This document shows positions 63,069-64,000 of a stretch of DNA of 64,000 bases, piece by piece. The stretch lies in contig CBDFLJ010000002.1 in assembly GCA_965248835.1 (NCBI GenBank), forward strand, positions 192,001 to 256,000, in the 5' to 3' direction. A program made the position numbers and the translations under genes. Positions within the stretch are counted from its first letter, which is position 1, and each line of letters starts with the position of its first letter. Source of the stretch: Alphaproteobacteria bacterium (GTDB taxonomy: Bacteria; Pseudomonadota; Alphaproteobacteria; MPNO01). The notes below the pieces were generated by a model. It saw only the letters and a program-made list of their open reading frames with translations. It was not told where the DNA came from and did not search any database.

Positions 63069-64000
63069 ATGAATTACCGCACCGCATGCGCACCAACGAG
63101 GTGGGGCGCCTTGATCCTGGCAGTCGGCGCATTGGGCATTTTGTCGCCGGTGGCGTCCGCGACGCAACTCAAGCTTGGCCACTTCCTCCCACCGCGCCAC
63201 ACCAATCACACCAAGGTCATGCAGCCCTGGGCCAATGAAGTGGCGAAACGCAGCGGCGGCGATCTCACCATCCAGATCTATCCCGCGCGGCAACTCGGCG
63301 GCACGCCGGCGGGCCAGTACAACCAAGCGCTTCGCGGCATCGCCGACATCTCCTTCATGGTTCCCGGTTACACACCGACGGTTTTCCCGGGCACGGGGAT
63401 CGTCGAACTCCCCTTCCTTACCAAGGACGCACAGCACGCCACCCGCATTCTGTGGACCGTCTTCCCAAAATATCTCGCCAAGGAATTCAAGGAGGTGAAG
63501 GTCATCACCTTCTGGACGGTCGACAACTTCGTGATCAACTCACGCAAGCCGATCCGCAAGCTGGAAGACCTCAAGGGTCTCAAGATCCGTTCGCCGTCAT
63601 CGACGGTCAGCGACATCGCCAAAATCTGGGGCGCGGTGCCTGTCAACATGCCGATCACCAAGGTCTATACCAGCCTCGAGCGCGGCGTCATTAACGGCTT
63701 TTTCGCGGGACCGTCGGCCATGTTCTCGTTCAAGCTGGGCGAGGTCGTCAAATTCTATACGACCGGCGTGGGCGGATCGAACCTTCCGCTGTTCATCGTG
63801 ATGAACAAGAAATCGTGGAACGCGCTGTCCGACGCCCACAAGAAGATTATCGAGGAAACCTCGGGCTTGCCGCTCGGGCTCCAGGGTGCGGCGGCTTACG
63901 ATGCCCGCTACAAGAAGGCGATTGCCACGGCGAAAAAGCGATCCGGAGTGGAGGTCATCAATCTTTCCGATGCCGCACAGGCGAAATTCCGTGCGGCCGC
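63069..64000 (+). CDS. Second TRAP substrate-binding protein (DctP family), truncated by the window end
   Basis: GGAGG RBS, ATG 63069; LKLGHFLPP, YPARQLGG, ELPF, DLKGLKIR, YTSLERG, VMNK; no stop inside the window so absent from the ORF track. Confidence 0.88.
   Translation, partial: MNYRTACAPTRWGALILAVGALGILSPVASATQLKLGHFLPPRHTNHTKVMQPWANEVAKRSGGDLTIQIYPARQLGGTPAGQYNQALRGIADISFMVPGYTPTVFPGTGIVELPFLTKDAQHATRILWTVFPKYLAKEFKEVKVITFWTVDNFVINSRKPIRKLEDLKGLKIRSPSSTVSDIAKIWGAVPVNMPITKVYTSLERGVINGFFAGPSAMFSFKLGEVVKFYTTGVGGSNLPLFIVMNKKSWNALSDAHKKIIEETSGLPLGLQGAAAYDARYKKAIATAKKRSGVEVINLSDAAQAKFRAA

Overview
High-GC bacterial DNA. The housekeeping gene order (tadA/rluB-like/rsmD/mutL/M16 peptidases/DUF3035/lspA/ileS/ribF; priA/tal/DUF484/xerC; mdh-sucCD-sucAB) is typical of Alphaproteobacteria, probably a Rhodospirillales-like lineage (inference). 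Between the two core blocks lies a ~26 kb accessory region (about 19.6-45.4 kb) rich in oxidative and N-heterocycle/aromatic catabolic enzymes: three Rieske oxygenase alpha subunits, a xanthine-dehydrogenase-family Mo hydroxylase, two flavin monooxygenases, a LigB-type dioxygenase, an enamidase-like amidohydrolase, a creatininase and two RidA proteins. It also carries several intact or collapsed IS elements. The best candidate for an undescribed system is a compact operon of two divergent heme-oxygenase-like diiron oxidases (CADD/PqqC fold, full metal-ligand sets) flanking a RidA protein (28544-30377). Other notable features: an NCS2 permease fused to a degenerate RsbW/HATPase-like domain; a SucB with no E3-binding domain and no adjacent lpdA; two IS elements stacked in the CTAG at a gene's stop codon; and repeated collapse of transposase genes by short-homology deletions. 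All family assignments come from motif recognition by eye, not database searches. No rRNA, tRNA or CRISPR array was recognised.
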